From assembly GCF_051388935.1 (NCBI RefSeq), contig NZ_JBPKBI010000009.1:121073-180351 (forward strand): a stretch of 59,279 nucleotides of DNA, in the 5' to 3' direction. The translations under genes and the position numbers were made by a program. Below are positions 46,358 to 56,202 of the stretch, in pieces (positions within the stretch are counted from its first letter, which is position 1; each line of letters opens with the position of its first letter). This stretch comes from Yinghuangia sp. YIM S10712 (lineage in GTDB: Bacteria; Actinomycetota; Actinomycetes; Streptomycetales; Streptomycetaceae). Below the pieces are notes generated by a model, which worked only from the letters and a program-made list of their open reading frames with translations, had not been told where the DNA came from and did no database searches.

Positions 46358-47341
46358 CTACACGGGAACCGCGAGCGCCACCCCGAAGCGGTTCTCGGCG
46401 TCGGTCCACCAGCGGGTCACGGCGAAGCCGGCGCGTTCGAGTTCCAGCGTGAGCCCGGAGGCGCGGAACTTCGCGGAGACCTCGGTGCGCAGCTCCTCGC
46501 CGTCGGCGAAATCCACCAGCAGGTCCACGCCCCCGACCTTGACCGACTGGTCGCCTTGCGAGCGCAGCCGCATCTCGATCCACTCCTGCTCGGCGTTCCA
46601 CACCGCGACGTGTTCGAACCGTTCGATGTGGAAGTCGGCGTCGAGTTCGCGGTTGAGCACGTGCAGCACGTTGCGGTTGAACTCCGCGGTGACGCCTTGG
46701 GTGTCGTCGTACGCCCGGACCAGGACCGTCGGATCCTTGACCAGGTCGGCGCCCAGCAGGAAGCCGTCGTCAGGGCGAAGCTCGGAACGGACCGAGGCGA
46801 GGAACGCGGCGCGCTCGTCGGGCAGCAGGTTGCCGAGCGTGCCGCCGAGGAAGGCCACCAGCTTCGGGCCGGGTTCGTCGTCGGGGATGCCCAGATGCGC
46901 GCCGAAGTCGGAGACGACCGCGTCCACGGTGAGCCCCGCGTAGTCGCGCAGCAGCGACTCGCCGGCCTCCACGAGGGCGGCCTCGCTGACGTCGACGGGC
47001 ACGTACCGCTCCAACGACCCGATGCCGCGCAGCGCGTCGAGGAGCAGCCGGGTCTTCTCCGAGGAACCCGAGCCGAGTTCGACGAGGCTGTGGGCGGGGA
47101 CGGTTTGGGCGATGTCGACCGCATGGCGCCGCAGGATCTCGCGTTCGGCGCGCGTGGGGTAGTACTCGGGCAGCTTGGTGATCTCCTCGAAGAGCCGGCT
47201 GCCCCGGGCGTCGTAGAACCATTTGGGGGAAAGCCACTTGGGGTCGGCGGACAGGCCGAGGGAGGCGTCGCGCCGCAACGCGTCCGCGAGGTAGCCATCG
47301 GGGAGATGACCGCGCACGTTGAGCCTGGTCGTTCGGGTCAC
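46358..47341 (-). CDS. egtD: L-histidine N-alpha-methyltransferase (ergothioneine biosynthesis)
   Basis: LSPKWFYDARGSRLFEEITKLPEYYPTRAEREIL is the EgtD hallmark. It is the last gene of the egtABCD cluster. Confidence 0.9.
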   Translation of the reverse strand: MTRTTRLNVRGHLPDGYLADALRRDASLGLSADPKWLSPKWFYDARGSRLFEEITKLPEYYPTRAEREILRRHAVDIAQTVPAHSLVELGSGSSEKTRLLLDALRGIGSLERYVPVDVSEAALVEAGESLLRDYAGLTVDAVVSDFGAHLGIPDDEPGPKLVAFLGGTLGNLLPDERAAFLASVRSELRPDDGFLLGADLVKDPTVLVRAYDDTQGVTAEFNRNVLHVLNRELDADFHIERFEHVAVWNAEQEWIEMRLRSQGDQSVKVGGVDLLVDFADGEELRTEVSAKFRASGLTLELERAGFAVTRWWTDAENRFGVALAVPV

Positions 47342-47348
47342 GGGTCCT

Positions 47349-48092
47349 TCAACTCCTTGCCGTCAGCGGGTGGAGGCGGACGGCTCCCCGAGTGGCCGTC
47401 ACGAGCGTGTGGTCGGGAACGGGCGTCCAGCCGCCGTCCGCGTCGGGTTCGGAGGCGACGAACACGCCGTCGGACGTGGTGCGGTGGAAAAGCGTGTCGC
47501 CGTACGCGGTCGCGGTGATCGTCTCGCCGTCCGTCACCAGTAGGTTGAAACGGCCGTCGGATACCGCGGCCGCCTCGGCGACGACAGCGGCCACCGCCCG
47601 GTCGGCCGGCTCGCCGTCGGCCAGGCGGCGGCGCAACAGTGCCCACAACAGGGCCGAGTCACACCGGGATTCGAGTGACAGCAGGTCTTCGGGCGGGAGC
47701 GTCGAGGCCAACGCGCCGAGGCCGTGCGGCCAGGCTTCGAGGCGTCCGTTGTGGCTGAACAGCCAACGGCCGTCGGTGTACGGCGCCGCCGCGTCCTCGC
47801 CCTGCGTGGTCCCGGCGGTGGCGGACCGGACGGCGGCGAGCAGGGCGCGGGTGCGCGTGACGCGTGCGACGTCGGCGAACGACGGGTCCGCCCAGATGGG
47901 TACCGCGCGTCGGTAGCGGGCCGGGCGGGGGTCTTCGTCGGCGTACCAGCCGACTCCGAAGCCGTCCGCGTTGACGGTGCCGTACTTTTGCGCGCGCGGC
48001 TGCCACGACTGCTCGTACAGGCCGTGTGGCGGCGCGACGACGAGTCGGTGGATGTTCGTGGGGGCGCCGACGTACGCCAGGTGACGGCACAT
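47349..48092 (-). CDS. egtC: Amidohydrolase EgtC (class-II glutamine amidotransferase fold)
   Basis: Start MCRHLAYVG, with the nucleophilic Cys2 after Met. 247 aa. The start overlaps the egtB stop. Confidence 0.85.
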   Translation of the reverse strand: MCRHLAYVGAPTNIHRLVVAPPHGLYEQSWQPRAQKYGTVNADGFGVGWYADEDPRPARYRRAVPIWADPSFADVARVTRTRALLAAVRSATAGTTQGEDAAAPYTDGRWLFSHNGRLEAWPHGLGALASTLPPEDLLSLESRCDSALLWALLRRRLADGEPADRAVAAVVAEAAAVSDGRFNLLVTDGETITATAYGDTLFHRTTSDGVFVASEPDADGGWTPVPDHTLVTATRGAVRLHPLTARS

Positions 48093-49417
48093 CAGCGCGG
48101 CCCCGCGTCCCGGGCGGTCCGCACACCCGCGAAGATCTGCCGCCGCTGCGGGAAGTCCCAGTTGCGGAACGTGCCACGGCACGCCACCGCGTCGGTGCCG
48201 AACGAACCGCCGCGCAGGACCTTGTAGTCCCGGCCGAAGAACACCTCGGAGTACTCCTTGTACGGCCAGGCCGCGAAGCCCGGGTAGCCGGTGAAGTCGC
48301 TCGACGTCCATTCCCATACGTCGCCGAGGAGTTGACGTACCCCGTGGGCGGACGCCCCGGCCGGGTAGGCGCCGGCGGCGGCCGGACGCAGGTGGCGCTG
48401 GCCGAGGTTGGCGTGCTCGGGCGTCGGTTCGTCCTCGCCCCACGGGTAGGTGCGCGACAGCCCGGTGGCCGGGTCGTGGCGCGCGGCCTTCTCCCACTCG
48501 GCCTCGGTCGGGAGGCGCCGACCGGCCCACCGGGCGTAGGCGTCGGCCTCGAACCACGAGACGTGGACGACCGGTTCGCCGAGCGGGACGGGTTCGAGGA
48601 CCCCGAACCGCCGCCGCAGCCACGTGCGGCCGTCGCGCACCCAGAAACCCGGTGCCGTCCACTCCTCGCGCACGCGGTGGGCCCAGCCCTCCTCGGTCCA
48701 CAGGCGCGGGTCGTTGTACCCGCCGTCCTCCACGAAGGCCAGGAAGGCGCCGCATGTGACCGGTGTCGTGTCGAGAGCGAACGCGGCCACGTGGACGGCG
48801 TGTGCGGGGCGTTCGTTGTCGAGCGCCCACGGATGCGCCGACGTGCCCATCGTGAACGTGCCTGCCGGGATCACGACTTCCTCGGAGGGGACATCGAACG
48901 CCCGGGGCGGCTCCGGGGCTTCCAGAACGGCCGCGCCGGTGCGGAGCTGATGCGTCGCCAGCATCGTCTCGTCGTGCTGTTGTTCGTGCTGCGCGATCAT
49001 GCCGAACGCGAACGCGTCGCGGGTCAGCGGATCCTCACCCGACGGCACGCGCTCCATCAGGTCGAGGACGCGGTTGCGCACGTCGCGCGCGTAGACGCGG
49101 GCCTCCGCCGGGGCCAGCAGGGGCAGTTGCGGGCGGTCGGCGCGGGCGTGCCGGAATGCGTCGTAGATGTCGTCGATTTCGGGACGCAGCGGCTCCTGGC
49201 GGCCCACAGTGCGCAGCAGCCAGATCTCCTCCTGGCTCGCGATGTGCGCCAGGTCCCACACGAGCGGCGACATCAACGCCGAGTGCTGCCGGACCAGTTC
49301 GGCGTCGTCGACGGCATCGGTCAAAGCGCCGGTACGCCGCCTCGCCCGCTCCATGGCCTGCCGGGCGGCTTCCTGGAACACGGTCGCGGTGCGGTTGTCA
49401 GCGTGCGGGCGCGGCAT
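48092..49417 (-). CDS. egtB: Hercynine oxygenase / sulfoxide synthase EgtB (DinB_2 plus FGE-sulfatase domains)
   Basis: DinB-like N-terminus with H..H..E metal ligands (LVWDLAHIASQEE...HEQQHDE) and an FGE-like C-terminus (GDVWEWT, RGGS). Confidence 0.9.
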   Translation of the reverse strand: MPRPHADNRTATVFQEAARQAMERARRRTGALTDAVDDAELVRQHSALMSPLVWDLAHIASQEEIWLLRTVGRQEPLRPEIDDIYDAFRHARADRPQLPLLAPAEARVYARDVRNRVLDLMERVPSGEDPLTRDAFAFGMIAQHEQQHDETMLATHQLRTGAAVLEAPEPPRAFDVPSEEVVIPAGTFTMGTSAHPWALDNERPAHAVHVAAFALDTTPVTCGAFLAFVEDGGYNDPRLWTEEGWAHRVREEWTAPGFWVRDGRTWLRRRFGVLEPVPLGEPVVHVSWFEADAYARWAGRRLPTEAEWEKAARHDPATGLSRTYPWGEDEPTPEHANLGQRHLRPAAAGAYPAGASAHGVRQLLGDVWEWTSSDFTGYPGFAAWPYKEYSEVFFGRDYKVLRGGSFGTDAVACRGTFRNWDFPQRRQIFAGVRTARDAGPR

Positions 49418-50786
49418 GGCGGGCTCCCTTGGGTGCGCCTCCCGGCGTCAGGTCGTCGCCCGGGCAGCGGCCCCGATCGGTGTAGCGGTAGGCGAACTCG
49501 ACGGCGTCGGTGAACACTTGCGGCGGCACCCCCATCCGTGGCAGAGCGTCGAGGGCGGCGGCGACCAGCGCGCGGGCGGTGGTGCGCAGCAGCGGCTCGG
49601 CGAGTCCGAAGCGGGCCGCGCGCAACCACCACGCGTACGGCGGCGCGGCGGCTGCGGAACGCGCGAGTTGCTCGGTGTGCTCCCAGGCGCGCGCGGACGC
49701 GTTCGGGTCGTCGAGCAGGGCGGCGGTGATGGCCAACGGGATGGTCCAGCCGTCGTTCGGCTGCGCGTCGATCATGCGCATTTCGAGGTGCGTGCCGTGT
49801 GCGCGTACCGGTGGGAACAGGGTCGTGGCGTGGAGTTCGAGGTCGGCGGCGGTCGGCCGGCGGTCCCAGGCGCCGCGGGTCCAGTCGCGGAAGCTGAAGG
49901 CCTCCGCGGGGATCGTCCAGTCGGCTTGCCCGTCGCGGCGTACGCACATCACCGGCGCGTCCATCACGTACCGCGCCCACGCCTCGCGCGGGTCGGTGTC
50001 CTCGGTGTGCTGCGGCGGCCGGGTGCGCGCGGCATCGAGGCGCGACCAGGCCAGTTGGCGCGTCGACGCCCAGCCGGTCGAACGGCCGCCGTGGTGTGGT
50101 GAGTTGGCGAACGCGGCAAGCAGGACCGGGCCGATGCGGTGGGCGAGCGCCCACCGGTGCCGCACCCCGTGCGGGCCGGCGGACTCGTCGCCCGGGTCGA
50201 CACAGACCTGCACCGACGCGGTGCTGCACATCATGATGCGGCCCCAGTGGCCGGTCTTGTCGAAGTACCGCTCCATCGCGGCATAGCGCGGGGTCTGGAG
50301 CGTGCGGTGCGGTGCGCGGTAGGCGTCGACACCCGCGCCGGCGAGGACGAGGCCGGCTTCCGCGGCGGTGTCCCGCAGCAGGGCGACATCGAGCTGTGCG
50401 GCCTCGATGCAGCCGGCGAGGGACGGGCGTACCGCGGAGCTCAGTTCGAGCTGGCCGCCGGGTTCCAGGGTGACCTGGCCGCCGCCGGGCATCGGGGTGT
50501 TCGCCAGGGCCGTGCTCACGCGCTCGCCGGTGACCGGCCAGGCCGGGTCCGACTCGTCGCGCACCAGCCACTCGATCTCGACCCCGACGGGGCCGGGCGG
50601 CCCGGGGCGCAGGCAGGTCGCGGCGGCGAGGGCCTCTGCTTCGTGTTCACTCAGGGGGGCGCCCGACTCGGGCCGGGAGTCGGACCAAGGGTCGAGCGGA
50701 CGTTCGAGCGGGGGGCCGGTGCCGTCGCGGGATATGAGCCCCGGGGCGTCAGGTCCGTGCGCGTGGCGTGCGGGTTCCTGGGACAT
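49398..50786 (-). CDS. egtA: Glutamate--cysteine ligase EgtA (GCS2 family)
   Basis: GVEIEWLV, LEPGGQLELSS and a GCS2-type carboxylate-amine ligase profile. It is first in the operon and overlaps egtB by 20 nt. Confidence 0.85.
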   Translation of the reverse strand: MSQEPARHAHGPDAPGLISRDGTGPPLERPLDPWSDSRPESGAPLSEHEAEALAAATCLRPGPPGPVGVEIEWLVRDESDPAWPVTGERVSTALANTPMPGGGQVTLEPGGQLELSSAVRPSLAGCIEAAQLDVALLRDTAAEAGLVLAGAGVDAYRAPHRTLQTPRYAAMERYFDKTGHWGRIMMCSTASVQVCVDPGDESAGPHGVRHRWALAHRIGPVLLAAFANSPHHGGRSTGWASTRQLAWSRLDAARTRPPQHTEDTDPREAWARYVMDAPVMCVRRDGQADWTIPAEAFSFRDWTRGAWDRRPTAADLELHATTLFPPVRAHGTHLEMRMIDAQPNDGWTIPLAITAALLDDPNASARAWEHTEQLARSAAAAPPYAWWLRAARFGLAEPLLRTTARALVAAALDALPRMGVPPQVFTDAVEFAYRYTDRGRCPGDDLTPGGAPKGARHAAPAR

Positions 50787-50952
50787 TTGGCCGCCTCCTG
50801 GGAGGAATGAGCTGATCGGAACGCGATCCGACCCCCGCCTACCCGTTAGCCCATCCCGACATGCTTAACGGAATCAAACGCACGTCCGAACAGCGGGGGC
50901 GGGCGACATGTCCATCACCGCGCGAACCGCGGCCCCGGCCACGCGATTCGCC

Positions 50953-51594
50953 TCACGATTCGTACGTCGCCGCCAACGGCGGATGGCCGTTCCACGTCAC
51001 GAAAACCGACGATGTCCGGCCGCCGCGGGTGAAGTCCACGCGGAGCCACCGGTGGCCCTCACGGACCTTGACCGCCCACCCCGAACCGGGCGTCGCGGCG
51101 ACCAGCGTCGCCGCGTCCGCGGTGAAGGTGAACACGGCCCGACCGCCCTTGAGCTGGTAGGTCCGCGTCGATCCCGCCTGCCCGTCCGCGGCGTCGATCC
51201 GGAACACCGGCTCCGACCGCGTCTGCGCGGTGCCGCCGGCCGACGGGTCGACCACCGGGCTCGTCGTCGGCGGCGGACCGGACGGCGACGGTCCCGCCGA
51301 GGACGGCACCGCCGATGTGGGGCGCGCCGACGGGGACGCGGGCGGCGGGCTGCTCGACGGCCCCGTAGGCGGCTGCGAAGTGGCCGAGATCGTCACGTCG
51401 GACGCGGGCGGCAGCGACGCCGGGTCCGGGGCCGGGCCGTGTACGGCATCCGCGGCCAGCGCGGGCGCCCGGGGCGGCTCGAAAACCGTGCCGCGCAACA
51501 CCGTCCGCACGCCGTACCACGACAACGCGACAGCCGTCGCCGTCACCGCCAGCCAGGCCGCGAACCTCGTCACCCCTCGTCGCACGGCGCCCAT
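50953..51594 (-). CDS. Hypothetical membrane-anchored or secreted protein with a Pro/Ser-rich linker
   Basis: From the internal ATG: MGAVRRGVTRFAAWLAVTATAVALSWYG (signal anchor), PS-rich linker, then a C-terminal domain ending VFVTWNGHPPLAATYES. It is divergent from the OmpR two-component system. Confidence 0.45.
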   Translation of the reverse strand: MGAVRRGVTRFAAWLAVTATAVALSWYGVRTVLRGTVFEPPRAPALAADAVHGPAPDPASLPPASDVTISATSQPPTGPSSSPPPASPSARPTSAVPSSAGPSPSGPPPTTSPVVDPSAGGTAQTRSEPVFRIDAADGQAGSTRTYQLKGGRAVFTFTADAATLVAATPGSGWAVKVREGHRWLRVDFTRGGRTSSVFVTWNGHPPLAATYES

Positions 51595-51706
51595 CCTGCC
51601 GTGCGGGGCCGGCTGCCGAACGAGGGACCGGTCTTCCAGAGCGCCCGGAAGCTCGCGGAGACCGTCCCGGGGCCTGCGCGGGGCCCGGCCGCCGGATGAC
51701 ACACTC

Positions 51707-51820
51707 GCGCGCCGCGGCCGCGCACGCCCGCAGGGTTGTCGCCGTGCGCGTACGACCGACTGGGCGCGCCGCGGCCGCGCACGCCCGCAGGGTTGTCGCC
51801 GTGCGCCTACCAGCGACTGG
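51707..51820. repeat. Tandem direct repeat, 2 x 57 bp, in the divergent promoter region upstream of the OmpR-type two-component system
   Basis: GCGCGCCGCGGCCGCGCACGCCCGCAGGGTTGTCGCCGTGCGCGTACGACCGACTGG is followed by GCGCGCCGCGGCCGCGCACGCCCGCAGGGTTGTCGCCGTGCGCCTACCAGCGACTGG. Confidence 0.6.
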
Positions 51821-52031
51821 GGACCCCGCCGTGCCCGGCGCGGCCCCTGCCCACACCCGGGGATCGCCCGCGCGCTCGGGAAGCCCGGGGAGGTCGGCGT
51901 CAAAGCCGATGCGACGAGAGTCGGCCAACCGTTCGGATCGCGGTGACGGTCGTATCGGGCGGCCCTCGCACCGGGCGCAATACGGAGGTACCTGGCCGCG
52001 CCCGCGGCCTCGGCCGCTACGGTTTCGAGCC

Positions 52032-52721
52032 ATGGCCCTGGTGCTCGTGGTCGAAGACGACCAGCTCGTGCGCTCCGCGCTGATTCGTCACCTCACCCGC
52101 GAGAAACACGGGGTCCGGGGCGTCGGCACCGCGCTCGAAGCGCTGCGCGAGGTCACCCGGCACCCCTTCGACGTCGTCGTCCTCGATCTCGGGCTGCCCG
52201 ATCTCGACGGCGGCGAGGCGCTCAAGATGCTGCGCGGTATTTCGAACGTCCCCGTCATCATCGCCACCGCCCGCGATGACGAGGCCGAAGTCGTACGGCT
52301 GCTCAACGCCGGCGCCGACGACTACGTCACGAAGCCGTTCTCCGGCGAACACCTGGAGGCGCGCATGGCCGCCGTTCTCCGGCGCGCAGGCGGGCGTGCG
52401 GGCGACGGCGACGCCGGGGACGTGCTGCGCATCGGCGGCCTGCGCGTCGACCTGCGCCGTCGCGTCGCCGATCTCGACGGCACGCCCCTCCACCTCAGCC
52501 GCCGCGAATTCGACCTGCTGGGCTTCCTCGCCGCCCGCGCCGGCTCCGTCGTGCCGCGGCGCGAAATCCTCGCGGCGGTGTGGGGCCAGTCGTACGGCGA
52601 CGACCAGACCATCGACGTCCACCTGTCCTGGCTGCGCCGCAAACTCGGTGAGACCGCCCGGCAGCCGCGGTACCTGCACACCGTGCGCGGCGTCGGGGTC
52701 AAGCTGGAGGCTCCTCCGTGA
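52032..52721 (+). CDS. Two-component response regulator, OmpR family
   Basis: Receiver MALVLVVEDDQLVRSAL...VVVLDLGLPDLDG and a winged-helix C-terminus (RREFDLLGFLAARAGSVVPRREIL...YLHTVRGVGVKL). Confidence 0.85.
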   Translation: MALVLVVEDDQLVRSALIRHLTREKHGVRGVGTALEALREVTRHPFDVVVLDLGLPDLDGGEALKMLRGISNVPVIIATARDDEAEVVRLLNAGADDYVTKPFSGEHLEARMAAVLRRAGGRAGDGDAGDVLRIGGLRVDLRRRVADLDGTPLHLSRREFDLLGFLAARAGSVVPRREILAAVWGQSYGDDQTIDVHLSWLRRKLGETARQPRYLHTVRGVGVKLEAPP

Positions 52722-54109
52722 GGGGCACGCTGGTCCGGGTCGCCCTCGCGGTGACGACGATGGTCGCCCTCGCGTTTCTGATCCCCCTCGGCCTCGTGGT
52801 CCGCGAGATCGCCCGCGACCGGGCCTTCGCCGACGCCGAACGCCAGGCGGCGGCCCTCCAGCCCGCCCTGGTGATCACCACCGACCGCGCCGCCCTCGAA
52901 CCCGCGCTCGCCAGCGTGCCCGCCGGCGTCGAGGGGCGCGTCGCCGTGCACCTGCCCGACGACGCCGTCATCGGCCGCCCTCGGGCCTCTCCGGACGCGC
53001 TCGACCGGGCCCGCGACCGCGCGCAGGCGTTCCGGGTGCGGACGAAAGGCGGCTGGTCGCTTCTCCAGCCCGTCGCGCTCGACCGCGGCCGTGTGACCGT
53101 CGTCGAGGTGTACGTCCCCGACGACGACGTGTCGCGCGGCGTCGGCACCGCGTGGCTGGTGCTGACCGGCGTCGCGGTCATGCTCGTCGGCGGGTCGCTC
53201 CTCGTCGCCGACCGCCTCGGCGCCCGCGTCGTACGGTCCGCGAAAGCCCTCGCCGGAGCCGCCCGCACGCTCGGCGGCGGTGACCTGACCGTCCGCATCA
53301 ATCCCCAGGGCCCGACCGAACTCCGGGAGGCGGCCACCGCCTTCAACACCATGGCGGACCACGTCGAAAAACTCATGGCCGCCGAACGCGAAATGGCCGC
53401 GGACCTGTCCCACCGCCTGCGCACGCCCCTGACCGCGCTGCGCCTCAACGCCGCCTCGCTCGGTGACGGCACGGTCGCCGAGCAGACCCGGCACACGGTC
53501 GCGCAACTCGAGCGCGAGGTGGACCAGATCATCCGGACCGCGCGCCGCCAGACCGCCGCGGTCGAGCAGATCCGGGGGGACCTCGCCGAAGTCGTGCGCG
53601 ACCGCATCGCCTTCTGGTCCGCGCTCGCCGAGGACGAGGACCGCACCTGGCGTCTGGACGGCGCCGACGAGCACGACGGCCCGGTCCGCGTCCCGGTCCC
53701 GCGCGCGGAACTGGCCGCCGCCGTCGACGCGATGCTCGGCAACGTCTTCCGGCACACCCCCGAGGGCACGCCGTTCGCGGTCACACTGCACGTCGGCGGG
53801 CCGGCCGCGGGCGACACCGTCATCCTGCTGGTGGCCGACGGCGGACCCGGCATCACCGACCCGGAGGCGGCTCTGCGCCGCGGGTACGGCGACGGCGGCG
53901 AGGGGTCGACCGGCCTCGGACTCGACATCGTGCGGCGCGTGGCGGAATCGACAGGGGGAGAGGTGCGCCTGGAGCGCTCGGTACTCGGCGGTGCCCAGGT
54001 TTCCGTGCGGTTCGGGGCCGGCAAGCCGACGTCGTCCCGGCGGCGAAGACGGGCGCGCAAGGGCCGTGGCACCGGCGGGGCACGCCGAAGCCCAGCCGAC
54101 GCGAACTGA
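52718..54109 (+). CDS. Sensor histidine kinase (two transmembrane segments, HAMP, HisKA, HATPase)
   Basis: The GTG start overlaps the response-regulator stop (GTGA). HAMP region LTVRINPQGPTELREAATAFNTMADHV, H-box AADLSHRLRTPLTAL and G-box DGGPGI...GLGLDIVRRV. Confidence 0.85.
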   Translation: MRGTLVRVALAVTTMVALAFLIPLGLVVREIARDRAFADAERQAAALQPALVITTDRAALEPALASVPAGVEGRVAVHLPDDAVIGRPRASPDALDRARDRAQAFRVRTKGGWSLLQPVALDRGRVTVVEVYVPDDDVSRGVGTAWLVLTGVAVMLVGGSLLVADRLGARVVRSAKALAGAARTLGGGDLTVRINPQGPTELREAATAFNTMADHVEKLMAAEREMAADLSHRLRTPLTALRLNAASLGDGTVAEQTRHTVAQLEREVDQIIRTARRQTAAVEQIRGDLAEVVRDRIAFWSALAEDEDRTWRLDGADEHDGPVRVPVPRAELAAAVDAMLGNVFRHTPEGTPFAVTLHVGGPAAGDTVILLVADGGPGITDPEAALRRGYGDGGEGSTGLGLDIVRRVAESTGGEVRLERSVLGGAQVSVRFGAGKPTSSRRRRRARKGRGTGGARRSPADAN

Positions 54110-54172
54110 CGCGGACAAAAAAGGGGCGCGGGCGCACCGGGTGGGGGTGGGTACGCCCGCGCCAAGGGGATC

Positions 54173-54192
54173 AATCCCCTTGATGGCACAGA
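54173..54192. promoter_or_regulatory. Perfect 20-bp palindrome downstream of the kinase gene
   Basis: CAAGGGGATCAATCCCCTTG. It is preceded by a second stem, GCGCGGGCG...CGCCCGCGC (about 54127-54172). Confidence 0.4.
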
Positions 54193-54522
54193 CCCTGGGG
54201 GGTTGGGTCGAGCCTCGGCCGCCCGGTGGGGGGGAGCCCCGGCAAATCCGGAACGGCCTGCGCAAGCAACGTTAACCAGATCTGCGGCGCTTGAACACCG
54301 GAACGCCATGATTTAAGGAAGGCTTAAGTCGAAAAGCCCGGGGTTCGCCCTTCCTGCGGTGATCGTCAAGTACGGAACACGCGGCGTAGGCACCCCTGTT
54401 CCGGATGCCGGGGAATGCGTTCGCCCTGGCCGGGGCTGTACGGCGTGAGGCGGCCTTCCGCCCGCGCGCACGTCCGCCGTGCGTGCCACGCTGGAACAAG
54501 CCGCAGGGGAGCGCGAAGTCGT

Positions 54523-55275
54523 ATGTGTTGGAGTGCCACCGCCGATGTGATCGCCGGAACCGCCGTGAGCGCGGTGGGGATTGCAACGCTCGCTTCGGTG
54601 CGGCACGCACGGGATGTCCCGCTGGCGTCGGTTCCCCTTCTGCTCGGCTTCCATCAGCTCGTCGAAGCGGTCGTGTGGCGGGGCGAGGAAGGCAAGGCGA
54701 CCGAGCAGGCGGCCGAACTCGCCCGTGAGATATGGGCGTTCATCGCGTTCCCGCTGCTCCCGTTCCTCGTTCCGCTGGGCGTCCTCGCGGCGGTGTGGCC
54801 GACCGCGGACCGCAGTCGGCGCGTCGCTCTCGCGGCGTTGTCCGGAATCGGCGTCGTGGTCGCGGCGCTGCTGGGCGCCGCCCTCGCCGACGGCCCGGTC
54901 AACGCGCAGGTCAACGGCCACACCGTGCAGTACGCCATAGGGATAGACCACCCGTATCCGCTCATCGGCGGGTACCTGGTGGCCACCCTCGGCGCGCTGC
55001 TGGCGTCCGGCGACCGCATCCTCGTGCTTTTCGGGGCTGTCGGTGCGGTCGGCGCGGGGGTGTGCGGTTGGCTGTGGACAAAGGAGTTCGCGTCCACGTG
55101 GTGCGCGCTCGCGGCGGTGGCGTCGGTGATGCTTCTCGCGTGGGTGCGCTCCAGGGTGAGCGGCGAATCGGCCGAAGCCGTCCCGTCCGACGGCGGCGCA
55201 CGCCGGGGGAGCACCCAGGCCGTCCACGCGAGGCATTCGGGGAACACCGGGCACACAAGCCATCGCCCTGTGTGA
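54523..55275 (+). CDS. Hypothetical polytopic membrane protein
   Basis: About six hydrophobic helices (VIAGTAVSAVGIATL, IWAFIAFPLLPFLVPLGVLAAVW, IGVVVAALLGAAL, and others). The start was chosen at MCWSAT. Confidence 0.5.
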   Translation: MCWSATADVIAGTAVSAVGIATLASVRHARDVPLASVPLLLGFHQLVEAVVWRGEEGKATEQAAELAREIWAFIAFPLLPFLVPLGVLAAVWPTADRSRRVALAALSGIGVVVAALLGAALADGPVNAQVNGHTVQYAIGIDHPYPLIGGYLVATLGALLASGDRILVLFGAVGAVGAGVCGWLWTKEFASTWCALAAVASVMLLAWVRSRVSGESAEAVPSDGGARRGSTQAVHARHSGNTGHTSHRPV

Positions 55276-55407
55276 CAAGGCCCCTTGACGCATCGTCAAA
55301 AGGCGGTGCCGGCAAGCCCGCACGCGTGTGTGCGGGGGCGCCGCGGGCGGTGTTCGGGCAAGATCCACACGGGCGTTCCGGCGTTGTGGGGCCGTACCGT
55401 GGGGAAC

Positions 55408-56202
55408 ATGCGCGTTCTCAACGGCAAAGTGGAGCCGGTCACCCAGGTCAGATACCGGCGTGCCCGCCGCGGCGGCGGCACCGAGAGCGCGCTGCTCACC
55501 GTCGAGAGCCTTCGCGTCGACACCCTCCCCGACGGCGTCGACGCCGTCGTGCTGACCGGCGACCTCCAGGGCATCGCGCCGTCCCCGTACGGCGGCGAGG
55601 ACGTCCTGCTCGGCATCGCGCTGGCCGACCACATGGCCGTGTGGGCGGCCTCCGGCCTGCTGCCGCCCCTCGACCGGGTCGGTGTCGTCCTGGCCGGTGA
55701 CCTCTACTCCGCGCCGCGCGCCAACCGCCGGGGCGCCTCCGGCGAGGTCGTGGACGTCTGGCTCGCCTTCGCCGCGGCCGGCACCGCCTGGATCGTCGGC
55801 GTCGCCGGCAACCACGACCTGCTCACGCCCGAGGACGTTGCCGGACTCGGCGGCGAGGCAGCGCTGCTCGACGGCGACACCGTCGAATACGGCGGAGTCC
55901 GCTTCGGCGGGGTCAGCGGCGTCATAGGCGACCCGCGGCGTACCGACCGCCGTGCCGAAGCCGAGTTCCTGGCACTGCTCGCCGCGGTCGCCCGGGCCGA
56001 CCCCGAGGTGCTCGTGCTGCACGAGGGTCCGGCGGGAGCCCGCCGGGAGCAGTACGGCAACCCCGTCATCGGCGCCCGTCTCATCGACGGTTCCGCCGCG
56101 CTCACCGTGTGCGGGCACGTCCACTGGGACCGCCCGCTGGCCCGCCTCGGCGCCGGCCACGTGGTCAACGTCGACGGCCGCGTGGTGGTCCTGACCCGGT
56201 GA
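55408..56202 (+). CDS. Metallophosphoesterase (calcineurin-like phosphoesterase)
   Basis: AVVLTGDL, GNHD and a GHVHW motif (TVCGHVHWDRP). Confidence 0.7.
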   Translation: MRVLNGKVEPVTQVRYRRARRGGGTESALLTVESLRVDTLPDGVDAVVLTGDLQGIAPSPYGGEDVLLGIALADHMAVWAASGLLPPLDRVGVVLAGDLYSAPRANRRGASGEVVDVWLAFAAAGTAWIVGVAGNHDLLTPEDVAGLGGEAALLDGDTVEYGGVRFGGVSGVIGDPRRTDRRAEAEFLALLAAVARADPEVLVLHEGPAGARREQYGNPVIGARLIDGSAALTVCGHVHWDRPLARLGAGHVVNVDGRVVVLTR

